64,000 nt of DNA from an uncultured Nitrospiraceae bacterium (GCA_964587655.1 CAZPMT010000007.1:12737-76736), one strand, 5' to 3'; positions 36,901-46,795 are shown, counted from the stretch's first letter. Made by a program: numbers and translations. Notes: generated from the sequence alone by a model not told the origin.

Positions 36901-38196
36901 ATGATTCGGTATGCCGTCTTGCTTCTTGTGACGCTCTTGGGGTGTGGAGGTGCCCCGGACAAGACCGTTCTCCGCGTTTGGGACTGGTGGAGCCCCGTTG
37001 AAGGCGAGAAGATGCGCGAGTACTTCCGCGTCGTCGAGGAAACCTTCGAGCGGGAGCAGTCGGGCGTGGATCTGCGGTTCCAGCACATTCCTTTCGGCCC
37101 ACAGTACATCCAGAAAATTATGGCCAGCATGGCCGCGAACCGGCCCCCGGACTGTCTTCACGCCTCCATCATCTGGGCGAATGACCTGTACGAGCGCGGC
37201 GTGCTGAGCGATCTCCGCCCCTTTGTGGAGCGCACCCCGGAAATGGCGGACGGCGTCTGGCTGCCCGCGGCGCTGCGTTACGGCCGCGACAAGGATTTCA
37301 TTTACGGGATTCCCATCGAACAGGACGCGTCGTGCATCGTTTACAACCTTGATCTGTTTCGCGAGGCGGGTTTCTCAACCGATCCCTTCGTCTTCGAGAC
37401 GTGGGAGGACCTCCGCCAAGCCGCGATCAAGATGACCAAGCGCGACGCCGAAGGGCGTGTGGTCCGGTCCGGATTCATGGTGGCCGGGGGCGACCTGTCC
37501 GCATATCTCCCGTGGATGTACGCCGACGGCGGTTCCTTCTACACGCCTGATCTGCGCCACGGCGCCTTTAACGCGCCGCCCATGCAGTCGGCCATGCAGT
37601 TTCTCCAGGACCTCCAGTATCGGGATCGCGTCTCGTTTCCCGTCGCCACGGAGCGCCAGGACTTCCAATTCTTCCTCCAGGGCAAGGTGGCCATGTTCGT
37701 CGGCGGCACCTGGGTCGGCCACATGATCGAGGACCAGGTCCCCGGCTTTCCGTTCAGACTGATGTCGTTCCCGCGCGGCCCGCACGGTTCCGGGCGCAGC
37801 GGCATGACCTGGACGAATCTCATGTGCATCCCGAAAGGAGCGAAACACGCGGAACTCGCGTGGGAATTCATCAAGTTCTACTGCGGCATGGGCAACGCCT
37901 TGTGGAAACTCGAGTCCGTCGACCGCAATTCGCCTCTGGCCGCGTTCTATGAAACGCCCGAGTGGAAGAAGGCCATCCAGCGCGCGCCGTCGCTCGAAAT
38001 GATCCCGCACATCACCGGCGTGGGCGGCCTGTATCCCGTGGTCCGGTTCACCGAAATCGACGCCGTGTTCCAGCCGCTCTGCCAGGGCCTCATGCTCAAC
38101 AATCTCCGCCCCGAACAGGTATTGTCGCAAGCCCTGCCGAAGGTGGACGAGATCCTCGACCGGTACTACGCGCAACTCGAGGAGGCGTACCGATGA
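36901..38196 (+). CDS. sugar ABC transporter substrate-binding lipoprotein
   Basis: Lipoprotein signal MIRYAVLLLVTLLGCGG. Resembles extracellular solute-binding family 1 and is followed by two permease genes. Confidence 0.85.
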   Translation: MIRYAVLLLVTLLGCGGAPDKTVLRVWDWWSPVEGEKMREYFRVVEETFEREQSGVDLRFQHIPFGPQYIQKIMASMAANRPPDCLHASIIWANDLYERGVLSDLRPFVERTPEMADGVWLPAALRYGRDKDFIYGIPIEQDASCIVYNLDLFREAGFSTDPFVFETWEDLRQAAIKMTKRDAEGRVVRSGFMVAGGDLSAYLPWMYADGGSFYTPDLRHGAFNAPPMQSAMQFLQDLQYRDRVSFPVATERQDFQFFLQGKVAMFVGGTWVGHMIEDQVPGFPFRLMSFPRGPHGSGRSGMTWTNLMCIPKGAKHAELAWEFIKFYCGMGNALWKLESVDRNSPLAAFYETPEWKKAIQRAPSLEMIPHITGVGGLYPVVRFTEIDAVFQPLCQGLMLNNLRPEQVLSQALPKVDEILDRYYAQLEEAYR

Positions 38197-39071
38197 AAGG
38201 GCGCGCGTCATCGGGTGTCACGGGTTACCTGTTCATGGGACCCGCCGTTCTTCTCATCGGCACGTTCTCGATCATCGGCATCGCCTATTCTTTCTGGATC
38301 AGCCTCCACAACTACGACGTCCTGGCCACGCGAAATGCCTTTGTCGGTCTCGAAAACTATCGCGCCGCCCTTTCGGACGACCTTTTCCGTCTCTCGCTCC
38401 TCAACACGTCGTATTACGTCCTGCTTGCGGTCCCGTCCATCATGTGCGGCGCGCTCGTGCTTGCGTTGCTTGCGGACAAGGCGGGGCGCGGCAGCCCCAT
38501 CGTGAAGGTCATCTACTTCATCCCATCGATCACGCCCGGCGTGGTCGTATCGCTGCTGTGGCTGTGGATCTTGCGCGACGACGGCGCTCTCAACCAAGTC
38601 CTCGGCCTTGTGGGCATCACCGGCCCAAACTGGCTTCAAGATACTCGCTCGGCCATGCCGGCCATCGTGATCGTCGCGACTTGGCAGGCCGTCGGCTACT
38701 ACATGGTCATCTTCATGGCGGGCCTGAGCGACATCCCGAAGATGTACTACGAGGCCGCGAAGATAGACGGCGCGGGGGCCCTGGGCCGCTTCCGGCACAT
38801 TACCGTGCCCCTGCTGCGAAACACGTTCGTGTTCGTCACCGCGATGCTCATCATCGGCTCATACCAGGTATTCACGCAGGTCTACATCATGACGAACGGC
38901 GGACCGCAAAACGCGACCGAGGTAGTCCAGTCCCAGGTCTTCCGCAATGCGTTCCAGTACGTCGGCAAGACCGGCTACGCCGCCGCGATGGCGTGGGTCT
39001 TGTTCGCGATCATCGCGCTCTTCATTGCCGTCCAGATGAGATTCATGCGGTCGAGGAAACTCTATGACTGA
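38193..39071 (+). CDS. carbohydrate ABC transporter permease
   Basis: ATGA overlap with the binding-protein stop. Six TM-like segments and the EAA loop YEAAKIDGAGALGRFRHITVPLL. Confidence 0.9.
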   Translation: MKGRASSGVTGYLFMGPAVLLIGTFSIIGIAYSFWISLHNYDVLATRNAFVGLENYRAALSDDLFRLSLLNTSYYVLLAVPSIMCGALVLALLADKAGRGSPIVKVIYFIPSITPGVVVSLLWLWILRDDGALNQVLGLVGITGPNWLQDTRSAMPAIVIVATWQAVGYYMVIFMAGLSDIPKMYYEAAKIDGAGALGRFRHITVPLLRNTFVFVTAMLIIGSYQVFTQVYIMTNGGPQNATEVVQSQVFRNAFQYVGKTGYAAAMAWVLFAIIALFIAVQMRFMRSRKLYD

Positions 39072-39933
39072 AGGAATTTCACGCTCAGCGCCGGCGACGG
39101 CGCGTCTGCGATTCGGCGTCCAAATCGTGCCGGCGCTGTTGTCGCTCGTAATCGCCGCAGGTGCGGCCGCCATGATCGCGCCCTACGTGTGGCTCGTCGT
39201 CAACTCGCTCAAGACCGTCGAGGACTTCAGCCGCCACCCGTACACCCTCTGGCCGGATCCGATCGACCTGACGGCCTACGCCCGCGCCTTCACGCTGGGC
39301 CGCGTCGGCATCTACCTCGGCAACAGCTTCTTCTACGCCCTTGTGACGACCGCCGCGCAATTGTTCCTCGACTCGCTTGCCGCCTTCGCGTTCGCGCGGA
39401 TGCGGTTCCGCGGACAGACCGTTACGTTCAGCCTCCTGCTGGCCACGATGATGCTGCCCGGCGCCGTGACGCTGATTCCCACCTACCTGATCGTGGTCCA
39501 CCTTGGCATCGCCGACACCCGCCTCGGCGTCATGCTGCCCGGGTTCGCCGGCGCATTCGGCATCTTCATGCTGCGGCAATTCTTCCTGAACATCCCCGCC
39601 GATCTCGAGGATGCCGCGCGTATAGACGGATGTTCGAGCTTCGGCATTTACTCCCGCATCATTTTGCCCTTGGCGAAACCCGCGCTCATCACGCTCGGAC
39701 TCTTCATCTTCATCGGCGCCTGGAGCGACTTCCTCTGGCCGCTGGTCGTCCTCACCGATTGGGACCTCTATCCCATTACCGTCGGCATCGCGAGTTTCCG
39801 AAGCGAAGCTTGGATATTCTGGAACAGCGTCTTCGCAGGCTCGGTCATCGCCAGCTTCCCACTCATCTGTCTCACCATTCTCGCCCAAAGACATATCATC
39901 GGCGGCATCGCGCTTTCCGGCATGAAAGGGTGA
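39064..39933 (+). CDS. carbohydrate ABC transporter permease
   Basis: Overlaps the previous gene by 8 nt. EAA loop LEDAARIDGCSSFGIYSRIILPLAKP. Confidence 0.9.
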   Translation: MTEGISRSAPATARLRFGVQIVPALLSLVIAAGAAAMIAPYVWLVVNSLKTVEDFSRHPYTLWPDPIDLTAYARAFTLGRVGIYLGNSFFYALVTTAAQLFLDSLAAFAFARMRFRGQTVTFSLLLATMMLPGAVTLIPTYLIVVHLGIADTRLGVMLPGFAGAFGIFMLRQFFLNIPADLEDAARIDGCSSFGIYSRIILPLAKPALITLGLFIFIGAWSDFLWPLVVLTDWDLYPITVGIASFRSEAWIFWNSVFAGSVIASFPLICLTILAQRHIIGGIALSGMKG

Positions 39934-39989
39934 GACTCCCGCTCGGACCGGCCGTGTGCTATGATTGCACACGTTGGAGGCGGCAGTGC

Positions 39990-40268
39990 ATGGATTCAGA
40001 CGACTTCGACCTGTACGACAAACCGGATATGGCGGCGCGGGCGCGCGCCCTCGCGTATGCGCGCAACACGCGCCTCAAGTTCGAGCGCGTGTATCAGTCC
40101 GCGCGAAAGGCTTTTCTGGCGGGCGACACGAAGACGGCCCTGTTCAAGTGCAAAGCCGCGCTGGTTCTTCTCGATTCCGAAGACATCTACGGCGATGAGC
40201 AAGGGCGCATCCGCGAATCCCTTCTGGAACAGATGGACAAACTCCGCGAGGTCGAAAAACCACGGTAG
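39990..40268 (+). CDS. small hypothetical protein (92 aa, helical/charged)
   Basis: ATG 39990 is preceded by GGAGG. It is the in-frame tail of track ORF 39189..40268, the rest of which overlaps the permease gene. No family recognised. Confidence 0.4.
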   Translation: MDSDDFDLYDKPDMAARARALAYARNTRLKFERVYQSARKAFLAGDTKTALFKCKAALVLLDSEDIYGDEQGRIRESLLEQMDKLREVEKPR

Positions 40269-40352
40269 GGACTGGATCTCACCCCGTCCAAGTGTGTACT
40301 CTCCGCACACGCGGACGTCGCTCAACTCAAAGCTTGTGAAGAATGCCCGAAT

Positions 40353-40441
40353 GGCGTCATTCCCGCGAAAGCGGGAATCCAGAACACACGCGCCGCCTCG
40401 CTACATGCGCACTGGATTCCCGCTTTCGCGGGAATGACGCC
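40353..40441. repeat. palindromic repeat element: perfect 30-nt inverted arms with a 29-nt spacer
   Basis: GGCGTCATTCCCGCGAAAGCGGGAATCCAG (40353-40382) is the exact reverse complement of 40412-40441. Each arm contains its own mini-hairpin TCCCGC-GAAA-GCGGGA. Confidence 0.9.
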
Positions 40442-40472
40442 GTTGCAGGCTCCACCGAGAACTCGATCTAGA

Positions 40473-41666
40473 ATGTCGATTCGAAGACAGCTTTTTCTAT
40501 TTTTCGCGGCCATTTCGTGCATGGCCTGCGCCACTGGCATTCACGATTCCATCTTTAACAACTTTCTGTCTGACGTCTTCAACCTCTCGGCGGGTGGGCG
40601 CGGGTTCCTCGAGTTTCCTCGCGAGATGCCGGGATTCCTCGTGTTCGTAACGGCGGGCATCCTCGCAACGCTGCCCCTGACGCGCGTCGGTGTCGTGGCC
40701 GCGCTCGTGTTCGCGACGGGCATGCTGGGGCTTGGGCTTCTCGGAGGCTCTTTCTGGCTGATGATTATTATGATGTGCGTGGGCAGCACCGGCATGCATC
40801 TCCTGCAACCGGTCGGCGCCACCCTGGCCATCGGTCTCAGCGACGAATCGAACCGCGGACGCCGGATGGGCCAAATGGGCGCCGTGGATACCACTGCGGC
40901 GGTCGTGGGCACCGGGCTTGTCTGGCTCCTGTTCGACAAAGCCGCCCCGCAATACCGCACCGGTTTTGTTTGCGCGGCCGTCCTGGGCTGCGCGGCGGCG
41001 TTTATGTACAGTCTCATGCACGTGCCGCACCTGCACGAGGCGCGTCCGCGGATGGTCTTCCGCATGCGGTACCGCCTGTACTACCTGCTCGAACTCTTCG
41101 CCGGCGCCCGCAAACAGATCTTCATCACGTTCGGCCCGTGGGTGTTGATCAAGGTCTACGACGAACCGGCAACGTCAATCGCGGGACTCCTCATGATCGC
41201 GGCCCTCATCGGCATCTTCTTCAAACCCCTGGCCGGCGTCATGGTCGACCGATTCGGCGAGCGCGCCGTCATGATCGCCGACGGCCTCGTCCTGATAATC
41301 GTGTGCGTCGGCTACGGGTACGCCATCCCGCTGACCGGCAGTCCGGAAGCAGCACGCATCCTCGCCTGCGGATGCTACGTCGCCGACAACCTCCTCTTCG
41401 CGCTCGGCTCGGCCCGCGCGGTGTACCTCTCTCGCGTCACGCCCAACTCGCGAGAGCTCACCTCGACCCTGTCCATGGGCGTCTCGATCAACCACATCGC
41501 CTCCATGACCATCCCCATCGGCGCCGGCGCTCTTTGGAGCGTATTCGGCTATGAGCGCGTCTTCCTGGTAGGCGCCGTCCTTGCACTCCTCACCGCCGCC
41601 CTGGCCCTCTTCGTCCCCGCGAAATCCCGGGCGACTCGGGCCGCACAGGAGGACTCGCTGCACTAG
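40473..41666 (+). CDS. MFS-type transporter
   Basis: ATG 40473 gives 397 aa with about 12 hydrophobic segments and a loop 2-3 motif SNRGRRMGQMG. The track ORF start at 40434 lies inside the repeat arm. Confidence 0.75.
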   Translation: MSIRRQLFLFFAAISCMACATGIHDSIFNNFLSDVFNLSAGGRGFLEFPREMPGFLVFVTAGILATLPLTRVGVVAALVFATGMLGLGLLGGSFWLMIIMMCVGSTGMHLLQPVGATLAIGLSDESNRGRRMGQMGAVDTTAAVVGTGLVWLLFDKAAPQYRTGFVCAAVLGCAAAFMYSLMHVPHLHEARPRMVFRMRYRLYYLLELFAGARKQIFITFGPWVLIKVYDEPATSIAGLLMIAALIGIFFKPLAGVMVDRFGERAVMIADGLVLIIVCVGYGYAIPLTGSPEAARILACGCYVADNLLFALGSARAVYLSRVTPNSRELTSTLSMGVSINHIASMTIPIGAGALWSVFGYERVFLVGAVLALLTAALALFVPAKSRATRAAQEDSLH

Positions 41667-43489
41667 AAACTGTCCGTGGCGTCGATGTCCACGGGATGAG
41701 GCGGCGCCGCCGCGCGCGCAGAGATGTGCGGGCCGGTCACCATGTCCTTAAAACCTTGTCCGGGTCCGACCATCGGAAACACGTCAGCCGACTGGTCGGT
41801 GATGACCTCAAGGAAAGCCGGCCCATCATACTCGATGAACTTCGCAAGGGCCTTCTTGATCTCGGATTTCTCCCTGACGCGCTTTGCGAACTCGAATCCT
41901 TCGGCCTCGGCGGCTTTGACGAAATCCTTCTTCCGCAAAGTCTTGTCGGTTCCGCAGAAACGTTTTCCGTAGTAGAGCCGTTGCCATTGCAGCACCATGC
42001 CGTCGCCGCGATTGTTCAGCAGCAGCACCTTGACCGGAACGCCGTAGGTCGTTGCCGTTTCGAGTTCGCCCACGTTCATCCGCAGGCTGCCGTCGCCGTC
42101 AACATCGATGACGAGTTTGTCCGGGCGCCCGATCTGCGCGCCGATGGATGCGGGCAAGCCGAATCCCATCGTACCCATGCTGCCCGATGTGATGAAAGAG
42201 CGCGGCTGATGAACTTCGCAGTACTGCGCGGACCACATCTGATGCTGTCCGACCCCCGTACAGATTATCGCGTCGCCTTTCGTTACCTCGTTGAGCAACT
42301 CGAGGACGTGTGGAGGCTGAATCAGATCGGATGATCGGTCGTAGTCGAGCGGATGCGTCTCCTTCATTGCGTGGAGATGCTTGCGCCACGGCGCGAAATC
42401 CCGCTTGAAACTCTTTCCGCCGTGAAGCAAGTTGCGCAGGGCCATACCCGCGTCGCCGACGTGGCTCCAATGAACCTGCTTCACCTTGCCTATCTCGGCC
42501 GCGTCAATGTCGACGTGTGCGATCTTCGCGTGCGGTGCGAACTCGGCCACGTTACCCGCGACGCGGTCGTCGAACCGCGCGCCCACCGTGAAAAGGAAAT
42601 CGCAGTCCTCGACGGCATAGTTGGCGTAAGCAGTACCGTGCATGCCGAGCATGTGCATACAGAGGTCGTCGCGCGTATCGATGCTTCCGATCCCCATCAG
42701 GGTCGTAACGACAGGGATCTTGAACCGCTCGACGAATGCCCTCAGTTCCGGCGCGGCGTTGCCGTTGACGACGCCTCCGCCGGCATAGATGAGCGGACGA
42801 TGGCAACGTCCGAACAGCTTGAAGAAGGACGCTGCATCTTCCGGCGTCAGACGCGCCGCCTTGAGCTCCGCGGCGCGACGGTCAAAGCCCTTGCGGACCA
42901 GATGCCCTTCCCCTCGATACTCGCCGACGAAGTTCTGAACGTCCTTTGGGATATCGATAACCACCGGGCCCGGACGTCCGCTGCGGGCGATCTCGAACGC
43001 GGTGCGGATCGTCGCCTCGAGTTCCCGCTCGTCGGAAACGAGGAACACGTGCTTGGCGCACGCGCTCATGATGCTGTGAACAGGCGCTTCCTGGAACGCG
43101 TCGGTCCCGATGTAGTGCCGCGACACCTGCCCAGAAATCAGGACCACAGGGATGGAATCCGCCATGCAGTCGCGCACGGGCGTCGTGCAGTTCGTCGCAC
43201 CCGGACCGGACGTCGCCATGAAGACGCCCACCTTGCCTGTGGCGCGCGCGTACCCCGAGGCCATGAAGCCGGCGCCCTGCTCATTGGCCGGCACCACAAG
43301 CCTCATTTGATCACGGCCGGACCGTTCCTCGTTATACCTGAAGATCGCGTCGTAAGTGGGGAGTATCGCCCCGCCGTTATAGCCGAAAAGCGTGTCAACG
43401 CCCTCATCGGCAAGGACTTGTATGATCATATCCGCCCCGCTCATCAGCGTTCCCGCGCGCGGGTGTTTCTTCCGTCTTGTCGTATTCAT
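41663..43489 (-). CDS. acetolactate synthase large subunit-like thiamine-diphosphate enzyme
   Basis: N-terminal GADMIIQVLADEGVDTLFGYNGGAILP and TPP motif GSMGTMGFGLPASIGAQ...DGDGSLRMN...LLNN. ATG 43489 follows AGGAAAG. Confidence 0.85.
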   Translation of the reverse strand: MNTTRRKKHPRAGTLMSGADMIIQVLADEGVDTLFGYNGGAILPTYDAIFRYNEERSGRDQMRLVVPANEQGAGFMASGYARATGKVGVFMATSGPGATNCTTPVRDCMADSIPVVLISGQVSRHYIGTDAFQEAPVHSIMSACAKHVFLVSDERELEATIRTAFEIARSGRPGPVVIDIPKDVQNFVGEYRGEGHLVRKGFDRRAAELKAARLTPEDAASFFKLFGRCHRPLIYAGGGVVNGNAAPELRAFVERFKIPVVTTLMGIGSIDTRDDLCMHMLGMHGTAYANYAVEDCDFLFTVGARFDDRVAGNVAEFAPHAKIAHVDIDAAEIGKVKQVHWSHVGDAGMALRNLLHGGKSFKRDFAPWRKHLHAMKETHPLDYDRSSDLIQPPHVLELLNEVTKGDAIICTGVGQHQMWSAQYCEVHQPRSFITSGSMGTMGFGLPASIGAQIGRPDKLVIDVDGDGSLRMNVGELETATTYGVPVKVLLLNNRGDGMVLQWQRLYYGKRFCGTDKTLRKKDFVKAAEAEGFEFAKRVREKSEIKKALAKFIEYDGPAFLEVITDQSADVFPMVGPGQGFKDMVTGPHISARAAAPPHPVDIDATDSF

Positions 43490-43764
43490 CAGCACTTTCC
43501 TGACTGCTTGTTAGGTCTTAGCCCAAACGTCGTGGTTGTCTATTTCACGTCCATGCGCACTAGCACGTTTCCCGGAGACCATATCGCCCATCGGAGCCAA
43601 TGCCTTCCGGCGAAAATCTCAAAGAATATCGGTAAGGTATACTCTGGCGCTGATACGTGTCAACTCCGGAATTCCATTTGACGCCTGGAATGTTATATCC
43701 TTACCGTCGGCCATGCGGTCTTTGGTTTCAGTATGTTCCGACAAGAAAAGGAGATATCGCGCCC

Positions 43765-45054
43765 ATGAAGTCTGTTCTCGCTGGCAAATCCGCATCTGTC
43801 TTGATGGTTGTTGCCGTCGTGTTGCTCGCGTCGTCCGCTTCGGCGGACTGGCCCCAACTCCAGGGGCCCAATCGCGATGGCAGTTCGCCGGAAAAGGGCC
43901 TGGCCCGCGCATGGCCGGAGACGGGCCCCAAAGTCCTGTGGTCGTTTTCGCTCGGGGTGGGGTACGGCTCCGCCGCGGTGCGTGACGGAGAAGTCTACAT
44001 CTTCGATCGCGTCGACGATAAGCAGGACGTCCTGCGGTGTCTCGATCTTCAAACCGGAAAAGAACTCTGGAACTACGCGTACGACGCGCCGGGAACCATC
44101 AGCCATAACGGTTCACGGGCGGCGCCCGCCGTGGACGACAAATACGTTTTCGCGGTAGGCATGATGGGCCATTTCTCCTGCGTTGACCGCAAGACCCATC
44201 AGCTCGTTTGGCAGAAGAACCTGCTTGCCGATTTCAATGTCGAGGCCGCCCGTTGGGGCGTCGTGCAGTCACCCTCGCTTTACAAAGACCTGGTTATCGT
44301 GGCGCCGCAAGCGCCGGACGCGTACGTCGTCGCTTACAAGCGCGATACGGGGGATCTGGTGTGGAAATCCCCAACGCTGGGCCTCTTCGGCTATTCGACG
44401 CCGGTGGTCACCAAGCTTGGCGGCGTTGACCAGGCCGTTATGATCGGCGCCTGCAAGAAGGGCGGCGGCGAACCCGGAAAGGTGGCAGGCATCTCCCTCG
44501 ACAACGGCGCCGTCCTCTGGACGTACGATGGTTTCCAGTGCTACATCCCCATTCCTTACCCGGCCACGCTGCCGGACGACCGCTTGTTCATAACGGGTGG
44601 ATACGCCGCCGGTTCGGCGATGATCCAGGTCAAGCAAGAAGGCGGCAAGTTCGCGGTCAAGGAGCTTTTCAAGACAGACGCGTGCGGCAGCCAGATCCAC
44701 CAGCCGCTCTTCCATAACGACCATCTCTACATGAACAGCAACACGAATGAGCGCAAGGACGGCATGCTCTGCCTGGCCCTGGACGGCCAAGTCAAGTGGA
44801 AGACCGCGGGCGCCGGGTCTTCGCCCATGTTCGGGCTCGGCAATCTCATCATCGCCGACAACCTTATCCTGAATCTCGACGGCGATAAGGGGATCCTGCA
44901 CCTCATCGAGCCCTCGCCCGATGGTTACAAGGAACTGGCCCGGGCCGCTATCTTCGGCGGCAAGGAAATATGGGCCCCCATGGCATTGTCCGACGGAAAA
45001 CTCCTTCTCCGCAATCAACAGGAGATGAAGTGCCTGGACATAAAGAACCCGTGA
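43765..45054 (+). CDS. secreted PQQ-like (BamB-family) beta-propeller repeat protein
   Basis: AAAGGAG RBS. Sec signal MKSVLAGKSASVLMVVAVVLLASSASA. Repeated ...G.VY..D..G.L.CLD..TGK.LW-type blades. Confidence 0.8.
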   Translation: MKSVLAGKSASVLMVVAVVLLASSASADWPQLQGPNRDGSSPEKGLARAWPETGPKVLWSFSLGVGYGSAAVRDGEVYIFDRVDDKQDVLRCLDLQTGKELWNYAYDAPGTISHNGSRAAPAVDDKYVFAVGMMGHFSCVDRKTHQLVWQKNLLADFNVEAARWGVVQSPSLYKDLVIVAPQAPDAYVVAYKRDTGDLVWKSPTLGLFGYSTPVVTKLGGVDQAVMIGACKKGGGEPGKVAGISLDNGAVLWTYDGFQCYIPIPYPATLPDDRLFITGGYAAGSAMIQVKQEGGKFAVKELFKTDACGSQIHQPLFHNDHLYMNSNTNERKDGMLCLALDGQVKWKTAGAGSSPMFGLGNLIIADNLILNLDGDKGILHLIEPSPDGYKELARAAIFGGKEIWAPMALSDGKLLLRNQQEMKCLDIKNP

Positions 45055-45094
45055 GACCGCGAAACCTTTGCCCGGCGGCCTTTCGTCAAGCGTA

Positions 45095-46534
45095 ATGAAA
45101 CTTTCACGACGTGATTATCTGGTCTTTGGGATCGCGCTGCCGGTCAGCGTGGCAGTCGCGGGAGCATGTCTGGCGTTCTGGTTTACGCATGATCCGGACG
45201 CGGACATTCAAGCGCGTCTGCCGGGCGCGGACGGGACCCCCGAGAAGGCCCGCGAACAGGACGCCGTAAAGGACCTGTCAGGCACGTTCCAGCAGTTCGA
45301 CGGCACGCCCGCGGACTTGCCGGGAGCGTGGCCCAGGTTCCGCGGAGCGGACTTCGACAACATCCGAAAAGAAGGCCCGCCACTCGCGGAGTCCTGGGGC
45401 GAAAACGGGCCGCCGATATTGTGGAAGGTCGAACTCGGCGAAGGCTACGCAGCGCCCGTCGTACTCGCGGGCCGCGTCTACCTCATTGATTACGACGAAA
45501 AGGCCAAGGCCGACGCCATCCGCTGTTTCTCGCTCGCCGATGGACGCGAGATCTGGCGGCGGTCTTATCGTCTCACGGTCAAAAGAAACCACGGAATGTC
45601 CCGGACGGTTCCGGTTGTTACAGAGAAGCACCTCGTCACTATAGGGCCTCGATGCCATGTGGTTTGTCTGGATTCCGCCACGGGCGCATTCCGATGGGGC
45701 ATCGACCTTCAGCGAGAGTATGGAACGAAAGAGCCTTTGTGGTACACGGGACAATGCCCGCTAATCGACGAGGGCCGCGTGATCCTGGCCCCCGGCGGGA
45801 CGGATGTTCTCATGATGGCCGTCGATTGCGAGACCGGGACGCCGATCTGGAAAACGCCGAACACGCAACACTGGGATATGTCCCATTCGTCCGTCATGCC
45901 CATGAAGATCGCCGGAAAGAAAATGTACGTTTACTGGGCCGTCGGCGGCGTCACCGGCGTGTCGGCTGAAGCCGACGACGCAGGCAAGATTCTCTGGCAG
46001 TTGCGCTGGAACGCAAAGGTCATCGCCCCGTCGCCCATCCCGTTGGAGGACGGCAGGATATTCCTCACGGCGGGCTACGGCGAAGGCGGCATGATGATCC
46101 AGGTCCATGAAAATAGCGGGGCCTTCACCGCGGAAGTGCTGTTCAAGCACGGCCCCAAGGACGGCCTGGCCTGCGAACAGCAGACGCCGATTTACCATGA
46201 CGGCCTGTTATACGGCATAATGCCCAAGGACGCGGGCGCGTTGCGCGGCCAATTCGTCTGCTATCGGCCCGACGGTTCACTCGCGTGGTCGAGCGGCCAG
46301 TCCAACAGGTTTGGACTCGGACCGTTCCTTCTGGCCGATGGCAAGTTCTACATACTGGATGACGACGGCATGCTGACGATGGTCCGCGCGAGCCGCGACG
46401 CGTATGCGCCGCTGGCGAAGGCGCAGGTGCTACACGGCCAGGACGCATGGGGCCCAATCTGCCCCGTGGGAGACCGGATGTTGCTGCGCGACTCGAGGCA
46501 AATGGTATGCATTTCAGTGGGCGCGAAGAACTAG
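45095..46534 (+). CDS. PQQ-like beta-propeller repeat protein with Tat-like/anchor N-terminus
   Basis: N-terminus MKLSRRDYLVFGIALPVSVAVAGACLAFW (an SRRDYL twin-arginine-like motif plus a hydrophobic helix), followed by propeller blades paralogous to the previous gene. Confidence 0.8.
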   Translation: MKLSRRDYLVFGIALPVSVAVAGACLAFWFTHDPDADIQARLPGADGTPEKAREQDAVKDLSGTFQQFDGTPADLPGAWPRFRGADFDNIRKEGPPLAESWGENGPPILWKVELGEGYAAPVVLAGRVYLIDYDEKAKADAIRCFSLADGREIWRRSYRLTVKRNHGMSRTVPVVTEKHLVTIGPRCHVVCLDSATGAFRWGIDLQREYGTKEPLWYTGQCPLIDEGRVILAPGGTDVLMMAVDCETGTPIWKTPNTQHWDMSHSSVMPMKIAGKKMYVYWAVGGVTGVSAEADDAGKILWQLRWNAKVIAPSPIPLEDGRIFLTAGYGEGGMMIQVHENSGAFTAEVLFKHGPKDGLACEQQTPIYHDGLLYGIMPKDAGALRGQFVCYRPDGSLAWSSGQSNRFGLGPFLLADGKFYILDDDGMLTMVRASRDAYAPLAKAQVLHGQDAWGPICPVGDRMLLRDSRQMVCISVGAKN

Positions 46535-46619
46535 CGTATCGAGTCAGAATTGAGGCATCTTAAGTGAACGGTTTGACTGAAACTGCGAGGACAAACAAAG
46601 AAGAGGCTGCGGATGCAAG

Positions 46620-46715
46620 TTCCCCCTTTGAAGGGGGTTAGGGGGATGTCAAGCCTGCGGTATAGACATCTGCCGCGCCAGAAGAACATCCCCCTAACCC
46701 CCTTCAAAGGGGGAA
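46620..46715. repeat. palindromic repeat element: perfect 30-nt inverted arms with a 36-nt spacer
   Basis: TTCCCCCTTTGAAGGGGGTTAGGGGGATGT (46620-46649) is the exact reverse complement of 46686-46715. Each arm contains the mini-palindrome CCCCCTTTGAAGGGGG. Confidence 0.9.
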
Positions 46716-46795
46716 TAGGCGTGTTTGACGCCAGAAACATAAGTCACAAACAGGATAACTCACTACACTAGCCGTGGTGCGAAAAGGAAAGGCCG

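Noticed and set aside
40322-40540. 72-aa ORF (VIPAKAGIQ...WIPAFAGMT) and the overlapping 39961..40437 ORF ending SFPRKRESR
   Set aside because: Their sequences are translations of the two arms of the 30-nt inverted-repeat element. I treat them as repeat DNA, not genes.
46531-46740. 69-aa minus-strand ORF (PPLKGVRGM...PLTPFKGG)
   Set aside because: It is a translation of the second 30-nt inverted-repeat element. It has no RBS and a symmetric peptide caused by the palindrome.
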